This document shows, piece after piece, positions 42,413 through 55,181 of a stretch of 64,000 nt of DNA. The position numbers and the translations under genes are program-made. Below the pieces are notes generated by a model. That model was not told where the DNA came from. It searched no databases and saw nothing but the letters and a program-made list of their open reading frames with translations. Each line of letters starts with the position of its first letter. The first letter of the stretch is position 1. Origin of the DNA: Adineta vaga (Eukaryota; Animalia; Rotifera); contig CP075495.1 of the NCBI GenBank assembly GCA_021613535.1, positions 7,068,001 through 7,132,000 of the forward strand, read 5' to 3'.

Positions 42413-43900
42413 CAGTGTTATTGAAGTAAAAAGCCTATTGAATATTTACCTGAACAAAACGATGAACTTTTTAATTTACTTGTATCAATTTCAATTTGAT
42501 TTGATACTTGTGACCAAGAAAAGAAGTCGCCCGTTTGCTTTCGACAATCACGATAACTAACAAGTAGTTGTTGTTCAGATATAATTTGTTGCCATATTTC
42601 AATACGTGTCATATGACCATGAAATATTCGATGAAATAAATCTAATCTAGTCACATCTAATTAGATAAAGAAAAGTCATACTGATCATTTATACATGTCT
42701 TTCTATTGGGCTTACTTGCTTTGAAAATCGAAGTTTATTACTCGAAAATCGATCGATTGTTGACGTGCACCATCAATATATAAATTTGATTGTTGATTTC
42801 TATTGGAATAAGTCCATGCAAAATGTTTCCATCTTTCAATGGGAATATTGGCAAATGTTGCTAAAGGAGATTTTGTTTGATTACGACGTAAATGATAAAG
42901 AAATAATCTATTCAAAAATATATATATTTCATAGTTGTTTTTTGTTTAAATGTATATTAAATAGAACAATAACTAACCTGCCTTGTTGAATACCTAATTC
43001 AAATAGAATATTTCCATTATCTTGCTTGAAAGAGAATAGATTTGCTTTCGTATTATTTTCCAAATAGAACCAAAAGATGATAGTAAATTGCGATGCATTA
43101 AAAGATGTTAACATAATACCTGTATCATTATGAGAAATTTTCAATGCGTAATTTGAATAATCTATTATTGAACAAAAGAAATTGTTAGGAAATCATAAAA
43201 ATAGAAATATTTACCGAGATATTTTGGAGTCGCCGTTGTTAAACGATTTGTTGATGTTAAACTTGTAATTAGACGAGGAGTTGTTTCCGTACCGGCTAGA
43301 AAAAGATTGTATTCTTCGCGTTTATATTCTATATATAGAAATGTACTTACCGATACAGAATTGATCATAACCTGTCCATCGTCCCATACTTAAACATTCT
43401 CGAATACGTGGACCAATTAAACGGTAACCTGTATTATTACATTTTGCTTGACATTTCGTACCAAATTGAACTTTTGTAGTATGTTGTTGTGGAAAACATT
43501 CCTGCAATACTCGCGAACGAGTTTGTAATGAAGGACAACGAATTTCTAGAGACATTTTTTTTATCAATATTCGTTTTGACTGTTATTCTTACCTTCACAT
43601 TTCGGTTGTCGTCCAGTCCATGTTCCATCGGAGCGACATTCTCGAAAGCTGTCACCATTGACTAGACGATATCCCGGTAAACATCCAAAACCACACAATG
43701 CACCTGGTGTATGTTTACAGTCACCCGAAAAGAAAAATCCATGATTAGGTAATTCCATAACAGAACATGATTTTGTCTAAGATTGAAAAGAAAAACTATG
43801 TCTGATAGGAGAATATTTCAATAGTTCAAAAAATTACTCGTGTAACTGCATCAATTGTTAAAATTTTCAATGTAAAAATAATCAAAGAAAAACGAATCAT
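41347..43900 (-). CDS. Secreted protein: 2 sushi/CCP domains, LamG/pentraxin-like domain, Cys-rich repeats, terminal EGF
   Basis: Signal peptide [14 protein letters not shown]; [34 protein letters not shown]; second CCP; FTIIFW...WKHFAWTY...LYIDG; repeated C-x3-C-x4/5-C-IDGxC units; [25 protein letters not shown]. Confidence 0.8.
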
Positions 43901-44430
43901 CGATCGACTTCGATACTTTGCCTTTGACCACCACATATCGGCAAAAATCTTACTGTACATTTAGTGATGATATGTACTCGTTGAAAGAAAAAGAAAGAGA
44001 ATCATATTGAGAATGTTAAATGATGCAAATGCCTGTTTAATATCTCTCAATGAACATCTGGTATTGAGAGAATACAGATATGAGAAATGACGTGATTAGT
44101 GTCATTAGGAAAGAAGATGCTCGTTTACAATATCCGAGAGATTATTTGTTCGCATATATATATATATACAAATCATTGACATGAAAATAAGATGTTGCAG
44201 ATTGTATCAATTTATATAGACGATAGTGTTACGCTGCCAATGTCATTGTATCCATATGAGATGAGAGACCTTGCTTAGTATAAATGTTAATGATTTTACA
44301 TATTAATCGTCGAAATATTCAATCGATATTCTATCAAAATCTGTTCTCATTGATATTTATTAACAATAAAATAATAATAAAAAAAAAGAGAGATTCTTCT
44401 TTTCATAATCATATCTATCGTTCTTTCTTT

Positions 44431-45727
44431 TTACATTTCATGCTGAATACCATCAATAATTTTCTGTATAATTGACTTTAAAGTTTCCATTGACGTATGA
44501 AAATCAGGTTCAACAGTATCAATAGCAGCACATGTTTTAAACAATTGATAGGCAGAATTTTGCATAAAATAAAAATTTGTATTACACGGAATATTGAATG
44601 TACTACGATTAAATTTCATTGCATGTGCCGGTGCATTCGTCCAAACTAAAGATATTTGTTTGATTGGTATTCGATATTCACGAAATGTTTCTAATTCATG
44701 TAAATGATTGATGAGATCATCCCAATCAGGATTTGCATCAATGTCTGAACCATCTGAAATGACTACGAGTGCGGCAAAATGATTAATACCACATAAATTA
44801 CATAAAGAATCGATAATTACATAAACATCTTCGCCTTCAATATTTCTCAAAGGATCAAGAAAGACGAGTGTTCGTTGATTATCAATAACAAATGAATAAC
44901 GATCGAAGGCAAATTTTTGTTTTAAACGAGGTGAACGTATAACAATTTCTTTTTGATCAGGTGCAATTGCTGTTTGAGAAAGACGATGACGATATGCATA
45001 TTTAGTCGCAAAATAATTTGCTACATAATGAATAAATGTTGTCTTACCTAGAATGAAAATGATATATCGATTGAGAAAAATGAATCATTCAATTTCTACC
45101 GGCTCCTTTTTCTCCAGCAACTAAAACATAATATTCCACATTTGTATTCGAATTGGCTAGATGAGATATTCGAATTGTTGTTTTCCAATCAATTTCATGT
45201 GTTTCAATTGTCATTGATGTCGGATATTTTATTGGTTGATTGATATCATCTTTTAAGCATGCTAATAATTTTATCCAGCGATCAAGATCACGTTCAACGA
45301 AATTTTCTGTATGTTGTTGTTCTTCTAATTCTTTTGCTACGTATAATAATCGTTCACTAAGTGTATTATTAAAACGTGACTGATCAAATGATTGTTTTAT
45401 TGACATACGAGCTTCATCGGCAATATGACGACATGCAATTATTGTTCGATCTTCCCATTCATTAATTTGTCGAAAAAGATTCTGAGCATCTTCATTTTCG
45501 AATTGTTCACGAATTGATGTATCAATTCGTGTATTTAAATCTTGAAGAATTTCGTCATGTTTGTCAATAATTAGATTCAGATTTTTTGAAAGTTGATTAC
45601 GATGTTCAACAAAATGTTTATTACAAAAATGATGATAGCATCCATGACATGATGTAATAGCAAGTGTTCTTTTCGGGGCACATAAACAACACAATTTTTC
45701 ATCCGAATTTCTTGCATCGTTTGCCAT
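44431..45727 (-). CDS. B-box-like Zn finger + coiled coil + P-loop NTPase/GTPase-like protein, two exons (intron 45048-45099)
   Basis: CCLC..SCHGCYHHFCNKHFVEHR (B-box-like), helical region, then VLVAGEKGAGKTT (Walker A, joined across the intron), LVFLD, ISLVWTN. Confidence 0.7.
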
Positions 45728-46741
45728 TGATAAAATTAAAATGTTTCTTTTTTAAATAAATATTCTAGAAAATGAATTAATCGTAGAAATATGAAAATAT
45801 CGAGAAAAATCTATTCGTTTCGTCTTTCGTCTAATAAAACTCATTGATTTAACTAGTGATTATTTTGAGAAAATTATGATCGTTCGAGAGCAATAAATGA
45901 ATTTCTCCAACTCTTATTGACTTTTCAATGATACTGTATAGGTTATTTTAATGTTCATGTAAAAAAATAGATGAGCTTAAAAAATGTAGTTTTTTTATCG
46001 ATCTAGAAACACGAAAAATACTTTAAATATGATGTAGATTATTTGATAATGATAAGCAGGTCATTTTATTGTTTTATTTCTAAAAAAAATATCAATTAAA
46101 CAACTGATCAATTTAAAACATAAGGAATTAAATGATTTCTTACCTGCCAATGTGACACAAATTGAATGAAATGTTATTCATATAAATAAATTAATGAAAA
46201 TATCGATGTCTTGTATAACAATAACTGAAAAACGATGTTTTATCAATCTTTTCAACATACATGCGAACTACCACATTACTATTTCAGCTGTTTCGATGTT
46301 CCATGATACACAACATCACCTATGAATGATCAAGGAAACTATGCCGACGGAACAAGGGAAAGAGCAAATTAGAAGGTGATTTCAGTCGCGACTGTGACGA
46401 CTGTGGCCTTTAGTCGTTTACACGTTATGACCAAGGTTAGATCCTTGTCTGATCATTTCTAGAGAAAAATAATAAATATGTACAAGATATTTCATTCATG
46501 CACACATTGCTAATGCATCGTACTTTCCGTATTGCTAAAAAAAAACAATCAAACTTAAATGAAGATTATCACTTGACTGTTCTCCGTTATTTCAATTTAT
46601 TTTTCAATCATATAAGCTCTGTAAATCATTGACAAGTATATTAAGCTTGACATGTGAGAGAGTAAAGAAACGGATACAAATTAAGCTCGAAATCACTACT
46701 ATTTATACATAAAAAAAGAGAAAAGAACACGTTGTTTCAAA

Positions 46742-49700
46742 TTAAATTTCAATCGGTTTGGGATTTGGTTTTCTAATATGACGCATATTAGCACCGGGTT
46801 CACTAAAAATAAAGATACAAAAGTAAATAGTTGAGTAAAATTTTTGTTCGATCATACCTCGGTTTAAAGGGAGCATGTGAACCGTATGGTTTGGCTATTT
46901 GAATATCAGCATCATTATCTGGAGCATAACGTTGAGGACGAGGTTGAGCTTGAGTAACTACGCCGCCTGGTAAGATAAAATGTTCCATTTCACGTTCTTT
47001 CTGAAAGAAAAACAGTGAGTATGAATAAGGAGAAATTTTTTCGAAGAAAAAAAGAAAGTTAGATTACGAACTTCTTCTCGAAGCATTCGTTCATTTTTAC
47101 GTCTTTCTTCCAATTCATTAGAACGTTGCCATTCACGTTCAATTTCTTCACTGGGTGGATCTCCCTAATCATAAAGTAAGATCATCACTGTATCAAAAAA
47201 CAAACAAAAAAACAAATCCGTACTTGTTCCATTCGTGCATAAGACTGTCTTAATTCTACATCTTTAATATTTTTTTCTTGTTGAAGTTTTAATGAATCTG
47301 CTTGATGAATCGCTAATTCTGATAGAGTTGCCATCATTTTACGTGTAATATCTTTTATTTTATTTTGTAAATCATTGACTTTTTTAGCTAATGATAATGT
47401 ATCATCTTTTCCCGCATCTGCTCTTGTTGATAAACGCACAATTAATCGATTAACTTGTTCAAGGATAAGATCTTTTTCAAGTGATTGTTCTTCTTTAGTT
47501 GATAAACGTTGTTCAAGCTAAAATCAAATCTTACAAATACAGACATCTTTGAAATGATGAACTTGACTTACTTGTTCAAGTTTTTTCATAATTGAAGCTG
47601 GTGATTCATCTTCACCATCGAGAAAACGTACACGAGCTGGATCATTTGGATTTTCAAGCATCTTTTCAAGTTCAACCAAACGTTCTTGACATGATTCAAG
47701 CTACATGAAACAAATATATAACTTCTGATCGTAGAATAAAGAAATCTTCTATCTACTTACACATATTCGATATAATTCAAGTTCTTTATCCATAGCTCGT
47801 TTGACAGGTAATTTCTTTTTTGATAATGAAATCTCTCGTTTTTCTTCTTGAATTTGTAATTCTAATAATCGAACTTCATCATCTCGACTTCTCGATTCGA
47901 TATAAGCATTCTTTAATTTCGTATCTTGTACATTGACTTTTTCCTAGAAGACAAAAAAAAAATGATTAGATTATTTTATCAAAAAAGTCAATGATAAATT
48001 TAAAAAAATACAAACTTGAAAAACAACTTCTTCATTAAATCGTTCAACTAATTGTACACTTCGTTCATTTCGATCAACAACTGAAGTATCATATTCTTTT
48101 TTTAATTTGACTAATTCTTTTTCAGCAAATGCAATTAAATTATTATAATTTCGATTTTCTAATGTTTGTTGTTGTTCTTGAATATTTAATTCACGTAAAT
48201 ATGTACGTTGTTTTTCCACTTTATGTTTTTCACGATCACGTTCAACAACTGATGCAAGAACAAGTAAATTCTTCTTCTGTAAATCTTTTTCTAATGTACT
48301 TAATTTTGTTCGTAAAATTTCAATTTCATTTTCAAGTAATTTGATTTTTTCTTTCATTTCATTCGATTTTTGATGATTCACTTGAATGGAACTAACACAT
48401 TTATTTCGTTCATTTTTGATTATTTCATACATTTTAGCAAATTCTTTCAATTGAATGTCTAAATCAGCAATACGTTTTTGATGTTCATAGATTTCATTTG
48501 CTTTGCGTTGATAATCTTCTTGAACAGATTGAAGACGAGCTTTGGCTTTCATTTTTTCTCGACATTTCTGTTCACGTTCATTCGATATAACAGAAGCAAA
48601 ATGTGCCAATGACACAGCATCACGACGGTGATCACTTTGTTTCAAAAGAACATTTTCATGCTCTTTTTGAGCTGTTACTAACATACTTTGTTTAACAACA
48701 AGTTCTTTTCCCTAAATATAGATTTCAATAAACATCTAAAGAATAATTCTGTTAACTAACAACAAACCTGTTTTTCATTAATTTTACGAATATCGTCCAT
48801 GTCTTCTTTCAAATCATCCCTGTTAATTTCGAAACTATTATCATCAGTTGGTAATGCTGAATACTACAGAGAATAAGATCATGATATGAATTACTAAAAA
48901 ACATATATCTTATTCAACTTACTTGAAGCTGTAGTTTTTCAACAGTCATTTGAGCACTCGATAATTCATCTTCGGCATGTCGACGTTGATTTTCAGCACG
49001 TTTCAATTCTCTCAATAATCTTTCTTTTTGTTTTTGTACTTTTTGATGTTGTTCACGAATTTGTCTACCCATTTGTATCGTACTTTTCACTGCTTCTGTT
49101 GATTGACGTCTAGGAAAGAATATACGAATTGTTTATATTAAAATGTACAATGTAAAAACAAATAAAATGTGTTTTTTTCTTCTTCATACTCGTCGATTTG
49201 TCCTTTAGCTAATTTTGCTTCTTCAAATGCAATTAAATTCAGGACATTTCGAATTTCATCATTTAATCGTTCATGTTGTTGATTTTGTTGATCAAGTAAT
49301 TTGTTTTCTTTATATGTTAAAGTTTTCATTTTAGTTGTTTCTTCAGTTATTTGAGCAATTGTTTCATTTTGTTCTTTCAATTGCATTTCTAAGTCTTGTG
49401 CTTCTTGTTCAATTTGACTAGAAATAGACAAAGACAAAGGATTTTATTAAACAATATACGTAATAAATCGAAAAAACGAAATCTTTTTTTAAATCTAGAG
49501 CAACAAATCAGCAAGATTTATACAGACTGTTAGAGAATTTAATAAAAATCTGGAAGAATAGATGAATATAGATTATACTCTAGGAAAAAGATTCTAAAAA
49601 TAAATAAAACCAACATACTCTTTTTGAAGACTCAAACAATCAGTTTGTTTCACTAATTCACCTGGCCGGCGTGTCACTTGAAGATGATCAGTCTTGAAAG

Positions 49701-50684
49701 ACAAAAATATCCAATGAAATAAACATGATGATAAATTACTTCTAATATTTCGACTGTTTGTTGAATTTCTTCATATTGTTTAGTAGTAATACTAAATTTC
49801 TTTCGTTTGTCAACTAATGAAAGATTTTGATCTTTAATTTCTGATTTCTTTTGTGCAATTTGTCGTCGTAGATCATCACATTCTTGTCGAAGATTTTTAA
49901 CTTTTTCATCGATTTCATGTTGATTAGGAATTCGTGCCTTTTCATTCTCTAATGAACGTTTATCTTCTTCCAAACTAAATAATTCATTTGAATTCGAATC
50001 GAGAAAATTTCAATTCGTTCAAACTTACGCTTTAATTTTGTATTCAAGATCAAATAAACGTTCATTTGTACAAGCTAGATCATTACTATATTTAAGTAGA
50101 TCTTTTCGTCGTTGTTGAACTTCAGTTGTAATTTTATCAGGAAATGATTCTCCTTCTTCTAAAGTACGTTTTTGTTTTTCAATCCGAGCTAAATATGTCT
50201 GTTCGTCATGGCGTAAACGAGCTTCAGTTTCACGTGATCTAAATTTAGAAACAATTATAGATCGATTGATCGTGAAATAAACAAAAGAAATAGAATCTGT
50301 ACTGTGCTAAAGCATTTTGTAAATCAATGTATTTCGATTTGAACCATGCTACTTGTGTACCAGTGAGTATTCCCTCTTTGAATAACTAAACGAAGATAAA
50401 TGAATCGAATATGAAAAGGAAATCATTGAACAAATACAAACATCATCAAGTGAACGAAAAGCTGGTGTACCAGATTGATGTCGCGCTTGTTCATCAGTAT
50501 CAATTTCAATCGGTGGACGTGCTTCAATAGGTTCCATATCATCGTATTGTTGTTGACTGGATAAATGTACAAATGCGTCATCAGTAACGAAAGCATTTGC
50601 TTCTTGATCATTTATATCTAATTCATTTTCGGAAAGATTATCATCTTCGTTCGGAGATGATTCTCCATCACTACGAAAACTCAT
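46742..50684 (-). CDS. CCDC146: Coiled-coil domain-containing protein 146 (MBO2; axonemal), multi-exon
   Basis: Long coiled coil with YEIIKNERNKCV and the diagnostic C-terminus [31 protein letters not shown]. Confidence 0.9.
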
Positions 50685-50798
50685 TCTAAAAATAAGCTGA
50701 AAGAAAAATTTTCAAGTAGAAATCGTGATTTTAATAAAACAAATAAAAGTTTTGTTCAAAATCGTCAAACAGAAATTTAACAACCATTCTGTAGGTTT

Positions 50799-50812
50799 GT
50801 TGACATGGAAAC
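50799..50812. promoter_or_regulatory. RFX X-box upstream of CCDC146
   Basis: GTTGACATGGAAAC (reverse GTTTCCATGTCAAC), near-consensus X-box about 115 bp upstream of the ATG of a ciliary gene. Confidence 0.6.
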
Positions 50813-51117
50813 CGAGAGATTATCAATTATATGTAAGGATAATTAAAAAAAATGAAATCAACTGTATTCATTAGTAAAAATAAAAGAATGAAGAAAAAAT
50901 GCAAATTCTATTTGTATAAAACATTGAATAGTGAAGATGATGTCGCCCATAGTCAATCAAATGAAATACACTACTATATAGTCTGATTTTTGAAGGTTTA
51001 TCAGAGAATGAAAGTTCGTAGTGAGCTTTTTAGATAATGAATAATTTGTATATTTTCATAAGATGAATAAGTTACAAAAGTTGATTAATCGAAAAAAGAA
51101 AGAAGAGTATCTTTTTT

Positions 51118-52889
51118 TTAAAAGTCTGTTTGTCCTTCTGTTAAATAATCATTTTGTTCCGAATTAGTAAGTTCACCTGTAAATTCAAGATGACGAAAAG
51201 CTGCTATAGGAACAAATGATCGATCATCAATACTTCGATCATCGTTATCATTTGTTCTCGGCCGTTCTTGACCTTCAAGATGACGAAATGAATCAGAATT
51301 AACATATGGTTTTGTATCAATCGATGGACCCATTGCTGAATGTACAGAATTTTTTGGTGTATCATCTCGAATACCTTCAAGATATTTAAATGCATTAGGA
51401 TTAACATAAGATCGTTGATCAATACCACTGTCAGTTGTATCAACTATATCTCTTGGTGCACGTTCAAGATGAGCAAGTGCATTCGGATTTTGTTCAAGTA
51501 TGAAACTACGTGTATCAATTTCTGATTTACATTCATCACTTTTCTTTCCAGGACGACGATCAATATATTGAAATGCTTGTGGATTAATATAAGAACGTTC
51601 ATCAACATCAGGACCGTCATCAATTTTTGGTTTGGGATCTTTTTTTTCGATCCATTTAAATGCTTTAGGATTAACAATTGGTCGATAATCAATTGTTGAT
51701 TCCGTTATTTCAGGTCTTAAATCACCTTTTCGTTCAATATATTTAAATGCGTCCGGACTGACCATTGGTTTTGTATCGATACCAGATTCAATATCACGAC
51801 GAACGGGTGCACCACGTTGTTCTAAATAACGAAATGCATCTGGATTAACAATTGGCTTATAATCAATTCCACTTTCTTCATGATCTTTTCCTGAATTTTC
51901 TCGTCGTTTTTCTAAATATTTAAATGCATCAGGATTAATAATTGGTCGTGTATCAATAGTAGATTCATTCGAAATATTTGATGATTTAGGTTCACGTCGA
52001 CTTTCTAAATATCTTCAAAAGACACAGAAAAAGGATGTAATTAAATACAATCGATTTTCTACGAGAAGAAACTTTACTTGAAAGCATCTGGATTCGTAAT
52101 TGGTCTATCATCGATTTTATAATCAACACTTTGACCTTGTTGTTCGTTATCTTTACTTTTATTCTTCTTTGCTTCAATATGACGAAATGCATTTAGATCT
52201 ACAATTGGTCTTCCGTCAATACCCGGTCCTGAACCATCATCACCTCGTACTCGATTATTCTTTTCAATCTGTTGCTGTCGACGTTTTTCTAATTGTGTTA
52301 CAGCATCAAGATTAATTATTGGTCGCGTATCAATACCACTACCATCAACAGGTGCAGATGGTTTATTTTGAGATTTTTGACTATTCGAATTTAAATAACG
52401 AAATGCACTTGGATCAATTATTGGTGAATCATCAATTTCGCCAAGTGTTTCTCTATTATAGAAGCCACTTTCTTTATTTTGTGTTGCATAACGTGATGGT
52501 CGTGCAGTTAGAGCTGGATTGACTCTTCGTGTTGGTGTACCAGGATTATTCTGTGGATACACGACTGATTGAGGACCTTGAATAGGCTGTACATTTTGAT
52601 AAGATATATTTGGTTTATTTTGTTCAACATATTGTGGTTGATTCGGTCGTACAATTGGTACAGGATTTGTGGAACGTCGTTGAACATATAAAGACTGAGG
52701 AATTGCAGTTTCTTGATTATTTGAAGTATTTTGTTGTGTTCGATTTGCTGGTACTGTTAATGCTGGATTTGTACGTCGTTCAACATTTGGATTTGGTTGA
52801 TTATATGTATAGTTCATAGGTTGAGTATTTGATCTCGATTCATATGGATAATGAGAACCACTAGTACTTCCACTGCGCATCGAAGACAT
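51118..52889 (-). CDS. Uncharacterised hydrophilic protein with 13 imperfect IDxRPxxNPxAFxYLE repeats, two exons (intron 52013-52077)
   Basis: N/Q/P-rich N-terminus with RRxNP motifs, then a recurring 17-aa motif separated by charged linkers; splicing joins DAFK/YLE in register. Confidence 0.8.
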
Positions 52890-54041
52890 CGTTCTAATAT
52901 GTATAGAACCAGTAATGATTGGAAAATAACAGAACAGTACTATCTTATTGAGAAAAAAATCGAACAAGGAAGTTATCAACGTATCATTCTGTTTCTTTTC
53001 TCTCGTTCTATATATAAGGATATATCTTTTTTTCTTCTTCTTTCTTTGCCACACGTTGTTAAGATATCTAGCAGTGGGCGTCAAATTAGGTTCCTTTTTT
53101 GGTGCAGAGACCAAAAAAAGTCAAACAGTTGTTTGGTTAATCGACAAATATATATATCCGTGCAATATTTTGGTACTCACAAGATCCGAAGAAAAATAGC
53201 AATTACGCATTTTGTTTCCCTTTTAGCTATGATATATATGCATGATAATCATTGTGTTGTGTCCTACAAAGACATGATACTTCATTGAGATTATTGTTGC
53301 TGCTGCTGATGTTGATAAGATGTCAAGAAGAAAGAGTTAGAATACTTTCTCTTATGGCAAATATGATTAAGATTCGATATTTGTCTGTCATTAATATAAT
53401 TTAATGTTTATATCATGAAGATATCTCGAAGGATTATGATCTGATTTATTCACTTAGTATTTTCTTGTTATTGGTGATATATGAGCTCATATTTTCTTCG
53501 CTATTCTTGAAATTATACTGAATTGATTAGGACAACAAATTAGATAATAGTACGAACTATTTCTTAATAGTTGGAATGCTTGATTTTTCTTATAAATAGA
53601 GGATATCTATTGGAAACGATTGAGTACGACGAGACATACGATAGAAATCATATAGAGATGTGTCATCCGATGTATTTGAACTTTGAAACAAAAGTATGTA
53701 ACCTTTTATGTCGGATGATACAATGAAAAACTTATTGCAGAATTTGATAATTATGTAAAGATAAAAAGCTAACGTAGACAATAAATTCTTCTTAAATTAT
53801 GTAAAACTAAGAGTTTTGACACATGAGTACACACTATCAATAGGTTTATAAATATATATATATATCCTTTTTGCACAATAGTTAAGTTTTGTGATAAGAA
53901 AAGTGTTTGATAATCAAATTTTCATTTATCTAAAAGACTGTAATCAAGAGAAAGTTTAATCCTCTTTTATCATTATAAATATCATGTTATTTAGTAACTC
54001 ACTTTAGTTCGATTTTTATACCTTATAGTATCAAACAGATC

Positions 54042-55181
54042 ATGATTTTCATTCTAATATCGTTCTTTCTCTGCTGTCATACATCTTTTGGTCAACATTT
54101 ATCGCACAATCGATCGTTTCCATTTATTCATGAAACTCTTGGCACTCAATCTGTTGGCACAGATCCTGATGATCCAGCTATATGGATTCATCCTAATCGA
54201 TCTGAATTAAGTCTTATTATTGGTACTGATAAAACAGCTATGATCGGTGGATTATATGTATTCAATTTGAATGGAACAATTGTACAACATATTTCAAACA
54301 TTGATCGTCCAAATAATGTCGATGTTGAATATGGTTTTCGGATCAATACGACACATTCAATTGATTTAGTTGTTCTTACTGAACGTATACAAAAACGATT
54401 ACGTATCTTTTCAATTAATATGCCTACACGACAATTGTATGAAATTCCTGTGTCGAACCCACATGTATTTACTGATAGCAGTGATGAACAGGCAGCTCCT
54501 ATGGGTATTGGATTATATAAGAGAAGCAATGATGGAAAAATCTATGCTATTGTTAGTCGAAAATCTGGTCCTAGTCGTGGATATTTGGGTCAGTATGAAT
54601 TAGTTTGGAGTGGGCAATCAATTGATTTGAAATTTATTCGTTATTTTGGTGATTTTCAAGGTTTAGAAATCGAATCAGTTGTTGTTGATGATCAACTCGG
54701 TTTTGTTTATTATTCTGATGAAGGATATGGTATCCGTAAATATAATGTCGATCCATCTACCAATCATATCGAACAGGTTGGTTTTATTAATGTTACTAAT
54801 TTATGGCAAGGCGACTCTGAAGGATTAGCCGTATATAAAACTTCAAATACCGATGGATATTTGATCATAACGGATCAATTAGCAAATGGATCTATCTTCC
54901 ATTTTTATGAACGACAAGGTAAAAATACTTATGTAATGTCAATTCGAACTCGTGCTGATAAAACGGATGGTATAGAAGCAACAAGTAGTTATTTGAATGA
55001 AAATTTTCCTCAAGGTGTATTAGTTGTAATGAATGAAATCGATGGAAATTTTCTTTTATATGATTGGCGACATATTGACAAAGAATTCGATTTTATTAAA
55101 AATAATTTTTGTTATAATCAGTTAAATCTTCTTTATTTACTGTTAGAATCTTGTATCATCATCTTCATTTTTCATACGTAA
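54042..55181 (+). CDS. Beta-propeller phytase (3-phytase), intronless, signal peptide and hydrophobic C-tail
   Basis: DPDDPAIWIHP, IIGTDK..GGLYVFNLNG, RPNNVDV, EIESVVVDD, YYSDE..GIRKY, DSEGLA, TDGIE, FPQGVLVVMN are beta-propeller phytase motifs. Confidence 0.9.
   Translation: MIFILISFFLCCHTSFGQHLSHNRSFPFIHETLGTQSVGTDPDDPAIWIHPNRSELSLIIGTDKTAMIGGLYVFNLNGTIVQHISNIDRPNNVDVEYGFRINTTHSIDLVVLTERIQKRLRIFSINMPTRQLYEIPVSNPHVFTDSSDEQAAPMGIGLYKRSNDGKIYAIVSRKSGPSRGYLGQYELVWSGQSIDLKFIRYFGDFQGLEIESVVVDDQLGFVYYSDEGYGIRKYNVDPSTNHIEQVGFINVTNLWQGDSEGLAVYKTSNTDGYLIITDQLANGSIFHFYERQGKNTYVMSIRTRADKTDGIEATSSYLNENFPQGVLVVMNEIDGNFLLYDWRHIDKEFDFIKNNFCYNQLNLLYLLLESCIIIFIFHT

Noticed and set aside
46336-46348. AAACTATGCCGAC resembles a short 18S rRNA stretch
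   Set aside because: Only 13 nt, flanks do not continue as rRNA, and box C/D geometry on the antisense strand is poor.
50685-50700. TTAG directly before the ATG of CCDC146 (and of H2A.Z) as possible spliced-leader acceptors
   Set aside because: Ordinary 5'UTR introns explain this equally well; cannot be decided without transcript 5' ends.
52890-53114. N-terminal extension of the 346-aa ORF (MVSAPKKEP...KKKKK)
   Set aside because: Runs through an intron-like tract with a polypyrimidine/AG acceptor; Met at 52889 is the more plausible start.
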